Positions 28,501-38,102 of a stretch of 64,000 nt of DNA are shown here, one piece after another. The stretch is taken from the NCBI GenBank assembly GCA_963756555.1, contig CAVWOC010000013.1, positions 59,194 to 123,193 of the forward strand. Direction: 5' to 3'. The stretch is from an uncultured Actinomycetes bacterium. GTDB taxonomy: Bacteria > Actinomycetota > Thermoleophilia > Solirubrobacterales > Solirubrobacteraceae. A program made the translations under genes and the position numbers. Position 1 is the first letter of the stretch. Each line of letters starts with the position of its first letter. A model generated the notes under the pieces. It was not told where the DNA came from. It ran no database searches and saw nothing but the letters and a program-made list of their open reading frames with translations.

Positions 28501-28814
28501 TCCGGGCCACCGTGCTCGAACCGGTGCGCCCCAGCGATTTCCCGGACTCGCTCGTACCGCGGCTGGCGCGCGTTCAGGGGCTGATCGCCCTGGCACAGGG
28601 CAGCCGCGAGGACGCGATCAAACGGCTGCGGGAAGCCGTAGCGGGCTGGGAGGGCCTGCTGTCCAGGGCGCCGATCAACGAGAGCATCACCACAGTGCTG
28701 GCCGATCTGGGTCGCCCGGTGGTGGGGCTGGTAGAGCCCAAGCGAGAGCTGTCCCGCGTGCGCGAGGAACTGCGGGCGGTCCAGAAAGGGACCGGCGATG
28801 CCTTCGTTTCATGA
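25599..28814 (+). CDS. Large regulator: wHTH-BTAD (SARP-like), STAND/AAA ATPase and TPR region
   Basis: LRARLLG.LEV, R.ELA..FWPD....ARASLR.ALW.LR, DP.DEAAHR.LM, GEAGIGKTRL (Walker A), VLEDIHDAD (Walker B), FRHALLRQAVY. Confidence 0.88.
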   Translation: MLRARLLGELEVELNGTAIDAPAGQRPWAVFAYLALASRPLTRSELANQFWPDVLDQSARASLRSALWALRRKLGDCVQVDGERVGLRDVSVDVEEFDRLADEDPGRALELCRGELLEGIEDEWALAARQRHRERVIDLLERQAEDREHADDLREAIDLTRRQVERDPFDEAAHRRLMARLDAAGDRAAALRVYKALADRLRRELGVAPSALTRELVDSLRAESPARPPAQVHGRPADGSSADWRPPTLTGLLPLIGREPEFAELERAWSLAAGGGGTVAVLRGEAGIGKTRLAAELRSRAGAFGARSAASAALDLGGTAPLSLWAELIRELLPSLPAPPDAATWPDDLAALSPGLPERFGRSAPGPVAVAPDLQRTRLFEAVVSLLGWATRSRALLVVLEDIHDADTASLELAGYAARRVASLPMMMLLTRRALPARAAADALEQALRARGLLASELDLQPLASERIAALARVAAPLSSAQIGQVVQRADGNALLAVETARALGRGEEAVAASLRGSVRALLARLPGDGRKLTELAAVAARPLEPLEVDQLSLDEASAEAVEGDLLTSSEGRVAFRHALLRQAVYDEIPEPRRRVLHRAWAQTMLRSEGAGATGRPAEMARHLRLSGADREAVPELVRAAASARAIAALHEAVNYLKEALSIEPGRADLWLELGELEAWRGRRQESERAFEEALRLLAGAEPLALARAWLRRARAYHGSICIPRAVLESARKALALLQSVDAPAEDERSEALAAWAWAEAVAGSVVEAERLLIELGRTVSKDRDLATYDSGHARALALMRRGRFTDSYAPSIAAGEAIARAGRPDLAYGCWANAASAANAAGETQRALEFLDRGMAALAGQELQSLEIHLLAAQSFVLRNAGRLDAAHWAAQSEQKLAEQLDEPELEAMARHDRGLVALASSKHEDAAELLAGALVEGAPISRPLTRLALAEAFAGSGQPQEAAEQVRATVLEPVRPSDFPDSLVPRLARVQGLIALAQGSREDAIKRLREAVAGWEGLLSRAPINESITTVLADLGRPVVGLVEPKRELSRVREELRAVQKGTGDAFVS

Positions 28815-29181
28815 CGTGGTGACATCCTCGGCGCCACCCGAGGAAGTGTGGAAGCTTCTATATGACCCGGCTCGGTTCCCGGACTGGTGGGCCGGGATCG
28901 GCACGGTCGACGTCACGGGCGACGGTCAGTACACGATGTACCCGGAGGGCTATCCCGATTTTCCTATGGCCCAGTTGCTCCAAACGGGCAGCGACGGCCA
29001 GCGTGTGACGGTCTCGTGCCTGGTGTCTGACCTGCACTTCGAGTGGCGACTCGAGCCCATCGAAGCCGGTACTCGTATCTCCGTAGACGTGGAGATCCCC
29101 GAGGCAGAGGCTCATCGGCTGGACTCGCAGCGGGAGCTGATCAGCGCGTCGATGAGGCGCTTGGCGGATCTGGCCGCCTGA
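28798..29181 (+). CDS. SRPBCC/START-like protein
   Basis: APPEEVWKLLYDPARFPDWW; overlaps the regulator stop by 17 bp. Confidence 0.82.
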   Translation: MPSFHDVVTSSAPPEEVWKLLYDPARFPDWWAGIGTVDVTGDGQYTMYPEGYPDFPMAQLLQTGSDGQRVTVSCLVSDLHFEWRLEPIEAGTRISVDVEIPEAEAHRLDSQRELISASMRRLADLAA

Positions 29182-29218
29182 CTGCCGCCCGCGCACGGCG
29201 GGTGCCAGACTGCGGCCG

Positions 29219-30583
29219 GTGACCAGTGGGACCCATAGGGTGGTCGTCGTCGGTGGCGGGTTCGGCGGGATCGAGGCGGTCAAGGCGCTGGACCGCGCCG
29301 GCTTCCAAGTTACGCTGATCGATCGTCGCAACTACCACCTGTTTCAGCCGCTGACCTACCAGGTCGCCACCGGCGCGCTAGCCGCTGGCGACATCGCAAT
29401 CAACCTGCGGCGGATCTTCCGCCGCTCGCCTGGTGTCAGGGTCCTGCTGGGCGAGGTCACCGGGTTCGATCTCGAGGCGCGCGAGGTGCGGGTGACCTCG
29501 GTAATCGAGCACGTTCCCGAGTTCACCGTGCCTTACGACGCGCTGATCGTCGCCGGCGGCTCGAGCTACTCGTACTTCGGCCACGAAGAGTGGCGCCAGT
29601 ACGCGCTCGAGGTCAAGTCGCTCGAGAGCGCGGCGCTGGTACGCGGACGGATCCTGGAGGCTTTCGAAGCCGCCGCGCTCGAGCCGGCGCAGCAGGAGAA
29701 CTGGCAGACCTTTGTGCTCGTCGGCGCCGGGCCGACAGGGGTGGAGATGGCGGGCCAGATCGCGGAGCTGGCACGCGACACGCTGCCGCGCGAGTATCAC
29801 GACAGCGACCCAAGGGCCGGCCGCGTGCTGCTCGTAGAGATGGGCGATCGCGTACTGAGCGGCTTTCCCCAGTCACTGTCCAGGCGTGCCCAGCGCTCGC
29901 TGGAGCAGCTGGGCGTGACGCCGTTGCTCAATCACACCGTGGTCGACATCGACGACCACAGCGTGGAGATGGAGGACTCCGACGGCGTGCGGTCGAGGAT
30001 CGCTACCCGCACGGTCGTGTGGGCGGCGGGTGTGACCGCCTCGCCACTGGCACGGACACTGGGTGAGATCACGGGAGCCGAGGTGGACCGCTCCGGCCGG
30101 GTCACCGTGGAGCCGGATCTGACATTGCCGGGGCACCCGGAGGTAATCGCGCTGGGCGACATGGTCCGGGTTCGCGACGCACGCAGCGGCCAGCCGCAGG
30201 TGCTGCCAGGGGTCGCCCCAGTCGCCATGCAGCAGGGCCGCTATGCGGCCCGGGCTCTCATCGCCCGACGGCGCCAAGAGCCGGTGCGGCCGTTTCACTA
30301 CTTCAACAAGGGCAATCTGGCCACGATCGGACGAGCTAGCGCAGTGGCCGATATCCGCGGTCTGCACCTCAGCGGCTTGATCGCATGGGTGATCTGGCTC
30401 ACCGTCCACATCTATTACCTGATCGCGTTCGAGAACCGGCTGATCGTGATGACCCGCTGGAGCACCAGCTTCTTCACACGCGGCCGCAGCTCGCGGCTGA
30501 TCACCGCGCCTGTCACGGAGTGGGCGACCGGGCAGCCTCCGAAGGCCGAGCCGGCGCCCGCGGCGGCCTCGGCGGACGGCTGA
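29219..30583 (+). CDS. ndh: Type II NADH dehydrogenase family FAD oxidoreductase
   Basis: [61 protein letters not shown]. Confidence 0.88.
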   Translation: MTSGTHRVVVVGGGFGGIEAVKALDRAGFQVTLIDRRNYHLFQPLTYQVATGALAAGDIAINLRRIFRRSPGVRVLLGEVTGFDLEAREVRVTSVIEHVPEFTVPYDALIVAGGSSYSYFGHEEWRQYALEVKSLESAALVRGRILEAFEAAALEPAQQENWQTFVLVGAGPTGVEMAGQIAELARDTLPREYHDSDPRAGRVLLVEMGDRVLSGFPQSLSRRAQRSLEQLGVTPLLNHTVVDIDDHSVEMEDSDGVRSRIATRTVVWAAGVTASPLARTLGEITGAEVDRSGRVTVEPDLTLPGHPEVIALGDMVRVRDARSGQPQVLPGVAPVAMQQGRYAARALIARRRQEPVRPFHYFNKGNLATIGRASAVADIRGLHLSGLIAWVIWLTVHIYYLIAFENRLIVMTRWSTSFFTRGRSSRLITAPVTEWATGQPPKAEPAPAAASADG

Positions 30584-30617
30584 CGACCGCGGGGCGGCCG
30601 CTAGGCTAACTAGCACC

Positions 30618-31061
30618 ATGGACGACGCCCTATACCGCGAGAACATCCTCGAGCACTACAAGCGGCCGCACAACTTCACCCCACCGGCGCCGGAGCTCGA
30701 GCGTGTGGATCTGGAATTCCACGACCTGAACCCGCTGTGCGGAGATGAGCTGACCGTACAGCTCGCCGTCGGGGACGACGGCCAGATCGACGACATCCGC
30801 TTCTTGGGGCACGGCTGCGCGATCTCGCAGGCGGCGGCCTCGATGACCTCCGACGAGGTCAAGGGCATGAAGGTCTCAGAGGTCCTGAACCTGAACCGCT
30901 CGTTCGTGCTCGACCTGCTCGGGATCGACATATCGGCGACCCGGATGAAGTGCGCGCTGCTGTCGCTCAAGGTGCTCAAAAGCGCATCGCTCGGACACGC
31001 CGCGGCATGGGAACCGGAAACGCCGGAGAGCAGCGCCGGCGTGTCGGCCGGCGGCCTCTAG
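30618..31061 (+). CDS. sufU: SufU/IscU-type scaffold or sulfur-transfer protein
   Basis: [40 protein letters not shown]. Confidence 0.92.
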   Translation: MDDALYRENILEHYKRPHNFTPPAPELERVDLEFHDLNPLCGDELTVQLAVGDDGQIDDIRFLGHGCAISQAAASMTSDEVKGMKVSEVLNLNRSFVLDLLGIDISATRMKCALLSLKVLKSASLGHAAAWEPETPESSAGVSAGGL

Positions 31062-32407
31062 CGCTTCTTGGCTCGCGGCAAGCGCAGCACGCGCGAGCCC
31101 GGGTTGCAGCCCGCCAGCGTGGCCTTCAACGTGTAGCGTCGGCCGGGCTTGAGCTTCACGGTCAGGAACGCCACCCCGTGCGCGTTGGTCCGCGCGCGGT
31201 GCCCGGCCAACGTGACAGTCGCTCGGGCCACAGTGAAGAGTCGGTTGCCCTCCAGCGCGCGCACTACGACGCGGTAGCGCTCAAAGCCGCGGCGACGCGC
31301 CCGCTGCTTCGTGTAGCGCACTCGCAGCGTGGGGGCGGAGCTCGAGCTCGAGCTCGCGGTGCCGGCAGAGGACGAGTTGGTGCAGGAGGCGAACACGTAG
31401 CAGGCGAGCGGGGGCTCAGAGGTCGTATCCTGGACCCCGGTCGTAGCCGGTGCCGCCGGCCCCACCGCGACGCTCAGCAAGCCGGGCGCCCCGGCCAGCG
31501 ACTGCAGGTAGGTCTCCACGTCCAGCGGGTTGACGCCGGGCATATAGAGTTGAGAGCAGACGGACTTTGGGATTCGCGCCGGATCCGCGGGGCCCGGGTG
31601 GGTCAAGGCATCGACCGCGAGGGCGTAGGCGACCGGATCGATGGTGCCGATCGCCAGGTGCTCATACGTGTCGCCGGGACAGATGTCCTGCGTGGCGACG
31701 TTGGTGATCTGGCCGCCGCCGGTGTGTAGCGCGGCGCTGGCGTTGGGCCCCGAGTTCGGCTGCACCACCTCGTCCGTATGGGTGTAGATCTCGGTGTAGG
31801 ACATGCCCGGGAGCGTCTCGGCGTAACTGTTGAGCGCCTGGATGAAGTTCGAGCCGGCAAACTGCTGCCAATCGGCGGGCGGGCAGCCGCCTCCGCACAT
31901 CCCTGGCCCCCCGACGGTCGTGCCATGGTTCGACCCCGAGAAGCCGATCACGTCGTCGACCATCGAGCGGGTGTCAGGCCAGAAGCGCAGCGCCCAGCGC
32001 ATCGACATTCCGCCCTGGCTGTGGCCCATGATCGCGATCTTGCGCCCGGCCATCGCGTACATCGTGCGGATCGCGTAGACGAGGTACTCACCGGAGACCT
32101 GGATGTCCCCGAGCGTGGAGTGGGGAGCGGTGTAGGCGCACCACGGGATTCCGAGCTGCTCCAGCGCTGGCTCCCAGTTCCACGAGTAGTTCTGGGCGGC
32201 GGTGACCCCGGTCGCTGGGTTCAGCAGCACGGGCTCGACGCTGGCGTTGCGCACGTTCGGCTCGCAGTAGAGAGCAGCCTGGAGCTGAGACTGGGGAACG
32301 CTGAGCGGAGGACCCGGCTGGTCAAGCGGGGCGTATGTAGCCGCGCCCGCGGAGGTGGCGAAGAGCAGAGCAGCAAGCACCGCGAGCACGGCGCCGGCAC
32401 CTAGCAT
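31058..32407 (-). CDS. Secreted CalB-like lipase (alpha/beta hydrolase) with basic C-terminal domain
   Basis: Signal peptide; [15 protein letters not shown] nucleophile, TDEVV (Asp), YEHL (His); N-terminal layout parallels Candida antarctica lipase B. Confidence 0.82.
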   Translation of the reverse strand: MLGAGAVLAVLAALLFATSAGAATYAPLDQPGPPLSVPQSQLQAALYCEPNVRNASVEPVLLNPATGVTAAQNYSWNWEPALEQLGIPWCAYTAPHSTLGDIQVSGEYLVYAIRTMYAMAGRKIAIMGHSQGGMSMRWALRFWPDTRSMVDDVIGFSGSNHGTTVGGPGMCGGGCPPADWQQFAGSNFIQALNSYAETLPGMSYTEIYTHTDEVVQPNSGPNASAALHTGGGQITNVATQDICPGDTYEHLAIGTIDPVAYALAVDALTHPGPADPARIPKSVCSQLYMPGVNPLDVETYLQSLAGAPGLLSVAVGPAAPATTGVQDTTSEPPLACYVFASCTNSSSAGTASSSSSSAPTLRVRYTKQRARRRGFERYRVVVRALEGNRLFTVARATVTLAGHRARTNAHGVAFLTVKLKPGRRYTLKATLAGCNPGSRVLRLPRAKKR

Positions 32408-32456
32408 GTTCCCCGTCCTCGCCACTACACCAAATACTAGGGATAAGGGGTCCTGC

Positions 32457-33182
32457 ATGACGCGCTACCCGGGCCGCGAGCTCGACGCGCTGCTGGCCGA
32501 TGCGCTGCCGTCCGATCACGCCCGGCAGACGCTCGCGGAGCGCTACATCGAGCGCGACATCGGCCGCAGCGACGGAAGCCCTTGGCGGGTACTCGATCTG
32601 GGCTGCGGCGTCGGCGGCTCGCTCGACTTCTTCCGCGCCCGTGACCCCCAGGTCGACTGGGTGGGGCTCGATCTCCCGGACTCGCCCGAGGTTCGCAGCC
32701 GGACCCGAGCCGACGCCCGCTTCGAGACCTTCGACGGGGCCACGATCCCGTTCCCAGACGCCAGCTTCGACCTCGTCTATTGCAAGCAGGTGCTGGAGCA
32801 CGTCCGCCACCCGCCGCCGCTGCTGGCCGAGGCTCGGCGCGTGCTTCGCCCCTGCGGCTTCTTAGCCGGCTCCACTTCCCAGCTCGAGCCCTTCCACTCC
32901 CTGAGCGTCATGAACTACACGCCGCTGGGTTTCGCCCATATGGCAGCCGACGCCGGACTGACCGTGCTCGAGATCCGTCCCGGGATCGACGGGCTATCGC
33001 TCATCGGCCACCGCCTGCTCGGCCCCCGCCGGTGCTTTGACCGCTGGTGGGGTGGCCAGTCGCCGCTCAACCGGCTGATCGACGCCTACGGCCGGCTGCG
33101 CGGGCTGAGCCCCCGCGCCGTCAACGCGACCAAGCTGGTGTTCTGCGGCCAGTTCGCGTTCCTGGCACAGCGCCCGGCCTGA
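32457..33182 (+). CDS. Class I SAM-dependent methyltransferase (type 11)
   Basis: VLDLGCGVG, IPFPDASFDLV, VLEHV, RVLRP.G. Confidence 0.88.
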   Translation: MTRYPGRELDALLADALPSDHARQTLAERYIERDIGRSDGSPWRVLDLGCGVGGSLDFFRARDPQVDWVGLDLPDSPEVRSRTRADARFETFDGATIPFPDASFDLVYCKQVLEHVRHPPPLLAEARRVLRPCGFLAGSTSQLEPFHSLSVMNYTPLGFAHMAADAGLTVLEIRPGIDGLSLIGHRLLGPRRCFDRWWGGQSPLNRLIDAYGRLRGLSPRAVNATKLVFCGQFAFLAQRPA

Positions 33183-33468
33183 CGCCCGCGGCCGCGCGCA
33201 GCAGCGAGGGCAGCGAGAACCGGCTGCTGCGTCGGTTCTCTTGCACGTGAGCTCGCAGCATCCGCTCCACAGCGGCGGTGTGAAAGAACGGATCGGCGAT
33301 CGCGGTGCCGTCGCGAAGCGAGAGCGCGACGCGCAGCTCGCCGTCGGTTTCGGCCAGCAGCAGGGGATGGCTGGGAACCTTCGCGGCGCTGTCTAGCTCG
33401 GCGAGTCGCTCGAGCGGCAGCTGGTCATCGGCATATGCCGGGCGGATGGTGATGGCGGGAGAGTTCAT
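33121..33468 (-). CDS. Small hypothetical protein divergent from LysR
   Basis: ITIRPAYADD..LERLAELDS..VP..PLL.AE.DGELR.ALSL.DG.AIADPF; 3' end overlaps the methyltransferase. Confidence 0.65.
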   Translation of the reverse strand: MNSPAITIRPAYADDQLPLERLAELDSAAKVPSHPLLLAETDGELRVALSLRDGTAIADPFFHTAAVERMLRAHVQENRRSSRFSLPSLLRAAAGVRPGAVPGTRTGRRTPAWSR

Positions 33469-33638
33469 GAGAGAGAGAATGAGCTGAGAAGCCGCTCCGC
33501 GCATCGGGCGATTGGAGCCTTTCTGGCCGGCGGTGGCCTTACTTTCGGGGTTCCTGCGCTTACTCACGGCGTGCAATGTGCCTGGGATCGGCCATAACGT
33601 CAAATAGGGCTTCGTTGGACCAGGTATAACTTCCTCTC

Positions 33639-34616
33639 ATGCTCGACAGTAGGCGTCTCAGAGTGTTGTGCGAGGTGGCCCGCCACGGCTCGTTCTCCGG
33701 CGCCGCTGAGGCGCTGGGGTACACGCAGCCCGCCGTCTCGCGGCAGATCGCCACGCTTGAGGGGGAGGTCGGAACGACGCTCATCCGCCGGGTGCCGAAG
33801 GGCGCAGTTCTGACCGACGCCGGCCGCCTGCTGGTCGATCGAGCCGAGACCATCCTGGCGCGACTGGACGACGCCGAGAACGAGCTGCGGGCGCTTGCCG
33901 GGCTGGAGGGGGGCAGGCTGCGCATGGCGACATTCGCCTCCGCCGCTTCCTCGATCGTGCCGCTGGCGATCGCCGAGTTCCGCCGGCGCCATCCCGCGGT
34001 GGAGCTCTCGGTGGTGATGGCCGACCCGATCGACTCCGTGCCTCGACTGCGCGCCGGCGAGCTCGACGTCGCGCTGTCTCATGACCGGCTTAGCGACCCG
34101 GATCGGCGGCCGGGGCGCATTTCGGCGGCGGTGTCGGGCCTGGAGCTGGTCGAGCTGTTCGACGACCCCATGTACATGGCGATGCCCACCGGCCACCCGG
34201 TGGCGGATCTGCCGCGGCTCTGCTTGGCCGATCTGCGCGACGAGCCGTGGATGCTCGCCACGCCCAACACCTGCCCCGACTCGCGGTTGTTCCTGCGCGC
34301 GTGCCACGACGCCGGCTTCGAGCCTCGCATCGCTTTTCAGAACGACGACTATCAGGCGATCCTGGGCTTCGTCGCGGCGGGCGTCGGGCTGGCGCTGATT
34401 CCGGACATGGTGGCCCGCGGAGTGCGCGACGACGTGGTCGTGCGGAGCCTCGACCCCCCGGCTCCGCCGCGCCCGATCGGGGCGGTGATCCCAGCGGGTT
34501 ATCGCTCCCCGGCCGTTCAGGCCATGCTGCGGGTGCTGGCAGGTGTCGCCGAGCAGTGGGTCAAGGGTCAGGTGATTCCGCAGGCGACGAGCGCGCCGGC
34601 GAGGGTCGCGGCGTGA
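33639..34616 (+). CDS. LysR family transcriptional regulator
   Basis: RLRVL.EVARHGSFS.AAEALGYTQPAVSRQIA.LE, LT.AG..L, V.AG.G.ALIP. Confidence 0.93.
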   Translation: MLDSRRLRVLCEVARHGSFSGAAEALGYTQPAVSRQIATLEGEVGTTLIRRVPKGAVLTDAGRLLVDRAETILARLDDAENELRALAGLEGGRLRMATFASAASSIVPLAIAEFRRRHPAVELSVVMADPIDSVPRLRAGELDVALSHDRLSDPDRRPGRISAAVSGLELVELFDDPMYMAMPTGHPVADLPRLCLADLRDEPWMLATPNTCPDSRLFLRACHDAGFEPRIAFQNDDYQAILGFVAAGVGLALIPDMVARGVRDDVVVRSLDPPAPPRPIGAVIPAGYRSPAVQAMLRVLAGVAEQWVKGQVIPQATSAPARVAA

Positions 34617-35053
34617 GGCTCGCCGCGACCGCGGCTATCGCCCTGGTCGTCCTGGCCGCGTGCGGCAGCAACGCGCCTTCGCCATACCAGGTAGTCAACG
34701 ACTACTTGAACACGCTGGCGGAGGGCGATTACCCCAGCGCTTGCGGGATGCTGAGCGCTCAGGCTCGCGCCGCGATGCCGGCGGCGACCGGCGTCCACGC
34801 GTCCTGCGCGACGGTCTTCGTCCGCTGCCTGCCGAATCACGCGCTCGTCCTCAAGCAGGACCGCTCGCAGCTGTTCTACGCCAACGTCAGCGTGACCACT
34901 GAAGGGTCGAGCGCGCGGGCGGCGGTCAGCGGCACCGCCGTGGCGAATGCGCTCAGAGAGGTGACGCTTCAGAAAACGCGCGTCGGCTGGCAGTTGTCCT
35001 CGTCGGGTAGCGGACTGAATGGGTGCTCGAAGCGACTGCGCGCGCGGCGCTGA
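34613..35053 (+). CDS. Hypothetical lipoprotein
   Basis: GTG overlapping the LysR stop; lipobox VLAAC; SP..VV..YL..LA.GDY..AC..LS. Confidence 0.65.
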   Translation: MRLAATAAIALVVLAACGSNAPSPYQVVNDYLNTLAEGDYPSACGMLSAQARAAMPAATGVHASCATVFVRCLPNHALVLKQDRSQLFYANVSVTTEGSSARAAVSGTAVANALREVTLQKTRVGWQLSSSGSGLNGCSKRLRARR

Positions 35054-35080
35054 CGCCCGTCACCGCTATCATCCACGCTG

Positions 35081-35107
35081 TAAATCCGATCACCGCACTA
35101 GGACTTA
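35081..35107. promoter_or_regulatory. Second putative Rrf2 operator, upstream of Rieske-sufB-sufD
   Basis: TAAATCCGA-TCACCGCAC-TAGGACTTA, just downstream of a TATCAT -10 box (35067-35072) and ending 8 bp before the GTG. Confidence 0.65.
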
Positions 35108-35114
35108 AAGACAC

Positions 35115-35432
35115 GTGCCACAAGTCATCGAAGTCTGTCCTCTAGAACAGCTCAAGCCCGGCGAGATGCGCCTGGTGGAGTGGGAGGATCTGGAGATCGG
35201 CGTGTTCAACTGCGCCGGCGCGGTCTACGCGATCGAGGATCGTTGCTCGCATGACGACGGACCGCTGGTGGAGGGCGAGCTCGATCAGGACAACTGCACG
35301 ATCGAATGCCCGCGCCACGGCTCGCAATTCGATCTGAAGACCGGCAGGCCGGTGACACTGCCCGCATACGTTCCGGTGGACACCTTTCCGGTGATCATCG
35401 ATGATCAGACCATCAAGCTGGAGGTGGAGTAG
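35115..35432 (+). CDS. Rieske-type [2Fe-2S] ferredoxin associated with SUF
   Basis: CSH and CPRHGS Rieske motifs. Confidence 0.92.
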   Translation: MPQVIEVCPLEQLKPGEMRLVEWEDLEIGVFNCAGAVYAIEDRCSHDDGPLVEGELDQDNCTIECPRHGSQFDLKTGRPVTLPAYVPVDTFPVIIDDQTIKLEVE

Positions 35433-36886
35433 TGGCGACGCCCGAGACCAAGGCCCCGCAGGTGCCCGTGCTGACCGAGAACGAGGAGCTCGCGCGGATC
35501 AACGCTGACTACACCGAGCGCTACGGCTTCCACGACGCCGAGAACTACCTGTACAAGGCGCCGAAGGGCCTGAATCGGGAGATCGTGGAGAAGATCTCCG
35601 AGTTCAAGAATGAGCCGCAGTGGATGCGCGACTTCCGCCTGAAGGCGCTGGAGCACTTCCTCTCGCGCCCACAACCGACGTGGGGCTCGCCGCTGCTGGC
35701 CGAGGTCGACTACGACGACATCCATTACTTCGTGCGCGCTTCGGAGCGCGCGGAGCGCTCCTGGGACGACGTGCCCGAGGACGTGAAGAACACCTTCGAC
35801 CGCCTGGGGATCCCCGAGGCCGAGCGCAAGTTCCTCTCCGGGGTGGGGGCCCAGTATGAGTCGGAGGTCGTCTACCACCAGGTCCGCGAGGACCTCGAGA
35901 AGCAGGGCGTGATCTTCATGGACATGGACTCCGCCTTGCGCGAGCACGAGGACATCGTGCGCAAGTACTTCGCTACGGTGATCCCGCCCAACGACAACAA
36001 GCTGGCGGCGCTGAACTCGTCAGTCTGGTCCGGCGGGTCGTTCGTCTACGTCCCAGAGGGCGTGCACGTCGAGATGCCGCTACAGGCCTATTTCCGGATC
36101 AACACCGAGTCGATGGGCCAGTTCGAGCGGACGCTGATCATCGCCGAGCCCGGTTCCTATGTGCACTACGTCGAGGGCTGCACGGCACCGACCTACAGCA
36201 AGTCCTCGCTTCACTCCGCGGTCGTGGAGCTGATCGCCCAGCCCGGCGCGCGGATCCGCTACACGACCGTCCAGAACTGGTCGACAAACGTTTTCAACCT
36301 GGTGACCAAGCGGGCCGTGGCGCGCGAGGACGCCACCGTGGAGTGGGTCGACTGCAACCTCGGCTCGCGCCTGACGATGAAGTACCCGAGCGTCTACCTG
36401 CTCGGCGAGCGGGCGCATGGAGAAATATTGTCGATCGCCTTCGCCGGCAAGGGCCAGCACCAGGACGCCGGCGGCAAGATCATCCACGCAGCGCCGAACA
36501 CCACCTCCAACATCTTCGCCAAGTCGATCTCCAAGGACGGCGGCCGCGGCTCATATCGCGGTCTGCTGGAGGTGGCCAAGGGCGCCCACGGCGCCAGGTC
36601 GAAGGTGGTCTGCGATGCGCTGCTGCTCGATGAGCACTCGCGCTCTGACACCTATCCCACGATCCGGATCGGCGAGGACGACGTCGACGTGGGCCACGAG
36701 GCCACGGTCTCCAAGGTCGGGGAGGACCAGCTCTTCTATCTGCGCTCCCACGGCATCCCCGAGGAGGAGGCTTCGAAGCTGATCGTCAACGGGTTCATCG
36801 AGCCCATCACCAAGGAGCTGCCGATGGAGTACGCGGTGGAGATGAACCGCCTGATCGAGCTCCAGATGGAGGGCTCGATTGGCTAG
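35432..36886 (+). CDS. sufB: Fe-S cluster assembly protein SufB
   Basis: [69 protein letters not shown]. Confidence 0.96.
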   Translation: MATPETKAPQVPVLTENEELARINADYTERYGFHDAENYLYKAPKGLNREIVEKISEFKNEPQWMRDFRLKALEHFLSRPQPTWGSPLLAEVDYDDIHYFVRASERAERSWDDVPEDVKNTFDRLGIPEAERKFLSGVGAQYESEVVYHQVREDLEKQGVIFMDMDSALREHEDIVRKYFATVIPPNDNKLAALNSSVWSGGSFVYVPEGVHVEMPLQAYFRINTESMGQFERTLIIAEPGSYVHYVEGCTAPTYSKSSLHSAVVELIAQPGARIRYTTVQNWSTNVFNLVTKRAVAREDATVEWVDCNLGSRLTMKYPSVYLLGERAHGEILSIAFAGKGQHQDAGGKIIHAAPNTTSNIFAKSISKDGGRGSYRGLLEVAKGAHGARSKVVCDALLLDEHSRSDTYPTIRIGEDDVDVGHEATVSKVGEDQLFYLRSHGIPEEEASKLIVNGFIEPITKELPMEYAVEMNRLIELQMEGSIG

Positions 36887-38084
36887 TGGGAGGCTCCTGT
36901 CCGAGCGCCGGGAGCAGGCCGCGCAGCAGCTGGGAACGCTCGAGCTTCCTCAGTTCAAGGGGCGCCCCGGGTGGGAGTTCACCGACCTGAGCGGACTCGA
37001 GCTGGAGGCCTACTCGGAAGCGCCGGCGAATGGCAAGGCGCCCTCGACGGAGCCGCTGTTCGATCTACCAGCGGACCTCGAGCTCCCGGAAGGCGTGATT
37101 GTCACGACGATCGCGCAGGCAGCAGGTGAGCATCCGGAGCTGATCGAGCGTCACCTGGGAAGCGTCGTCAGCGACAACTACGACTTGTTCACGGTGCGAA
37201 ACAAGGCGCGGCTCCGGGATGGATCGTTCGTCTACGTGCCGAAGGGCGTCTCGCTCGAGAAGCCGATCCTCCTAACCGCGATCCAGGCCGTCTCCGGCAC
37301 CGAGCTCGCGCGGCACACGCTCGTCGTTCTCGACGAGGGTGCCCAGGCCGAAGTCTGGGAGCAGCAACTTTCGAGCGACCCCGAGCTCGACGCGCTGTTC
37401 AACACCGTCGTGGAGCTCAAGGTAGGAGACGGGGCGCGACTGCGGTTTGTCTGCGGCCAGTCGCTGTCCGAGAAGAGTTGGATCTTCGGCACCCATCGCG
37501 CGGAGGTGGGCCGCGACGCCACGCTCGACTGGGTCGCACTGGGATTCGGCTCCGCGCACGGGCGCGTGCGGATGGAAACCCGGCTCGATGGCCCAGGCGC
37601 CGAAGCCCGCGTCACCGGGGCCTACGCCAGCCGGGGGCGCCAGCACATCGACTTCGACACGACCCAGGAGCATGCGGCGCCCAACACCACGTCGGATCTG
37701 GCATTCCGGGGCGTGCTTCAGGGCCGCTCCAGCGCCGTCTGGAAGGGCAACATCATCGTCGATCCGGGCGCGCAGAAGACCGATGCCTTCCAGGAGTCGC
37801 GCAACCTCCTGCTGTCAAAGCGCGCTCACGCCGACGCGATCCCAGGGCTCGAGATTCAGGCCAACGACGTGCGCTGCACGCACGCTGCGGCCGTGGCGCA
37901 GGTCGATGCCGAGCAGCTGTTCTATCTGCGGGCGCACGGCCTGCCCGAGGCGCAGGCCAAGCGGTTGGTGATCGAAGGCTTCTTGGCCTCGCTAGTGGAG
38001 CGGTTCGAGCAGGGCCCGGTCCGCGACGTGCTGGCCGACGCGCTCGAGCGCCGCCTGGGGGCCGTGCTCGATTCCGCCGCGTAG
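36879..38084 (+). CDS. sufD: Fe-S cluster assembly protein SufD
   Basis: WEFTDL, QEH.APNTTS, QKTDAFQ..RNLLLS, PGLEI.ANDV.CTHAA, LFYL.A.GL. Confidence 0.93.
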   Translation: MASGRLLSERREQAAQQLGTLELPQFKGRPGWEFTDLSGLELEAYSEAPANGKAPSTEPLFDLPADLELPEGVIVTTIAQAAGEHPELIERHLGSVVSDNYDLFTVRNKARLRDGSFVYVPKGVSLEKPILLTAIQAVSGTELARHTLVVLDEGAQAEVWEQQLSSDPELDALFNTVVELKVGDGARLRFVCGQSLSEKSWIFGTHRAEVGRDATLDWVALGFGSAHGRVRMETRLDGPGAEARVTGAYASRGRQHIDFDTTQEHAAPNTTSDLAFRGVLQGRSSAVWKGNIIVDPGAQKTDAFQESRNLLLSKRAHADAIPGLEIQANDVRCTHAAAVAQVDAEQLFYLRAHGLPEAQAKRLVIEGFLASLVERFEQGPVRDVLADALERRLGAVLDSAA

Positions 38085-38102
38085 CGGAACAGGTCCTGCC
38101 GT

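Noticed and set aside
24033-29181. Secondary-metabolite biosynthetic cluster (SARP, SnoaL, SRPBCC, methyltransferase)
   Set aside because: No PKS, NRPS, terpene or RiPP core gene in the window; treated as a sensing or detoxification module instead.
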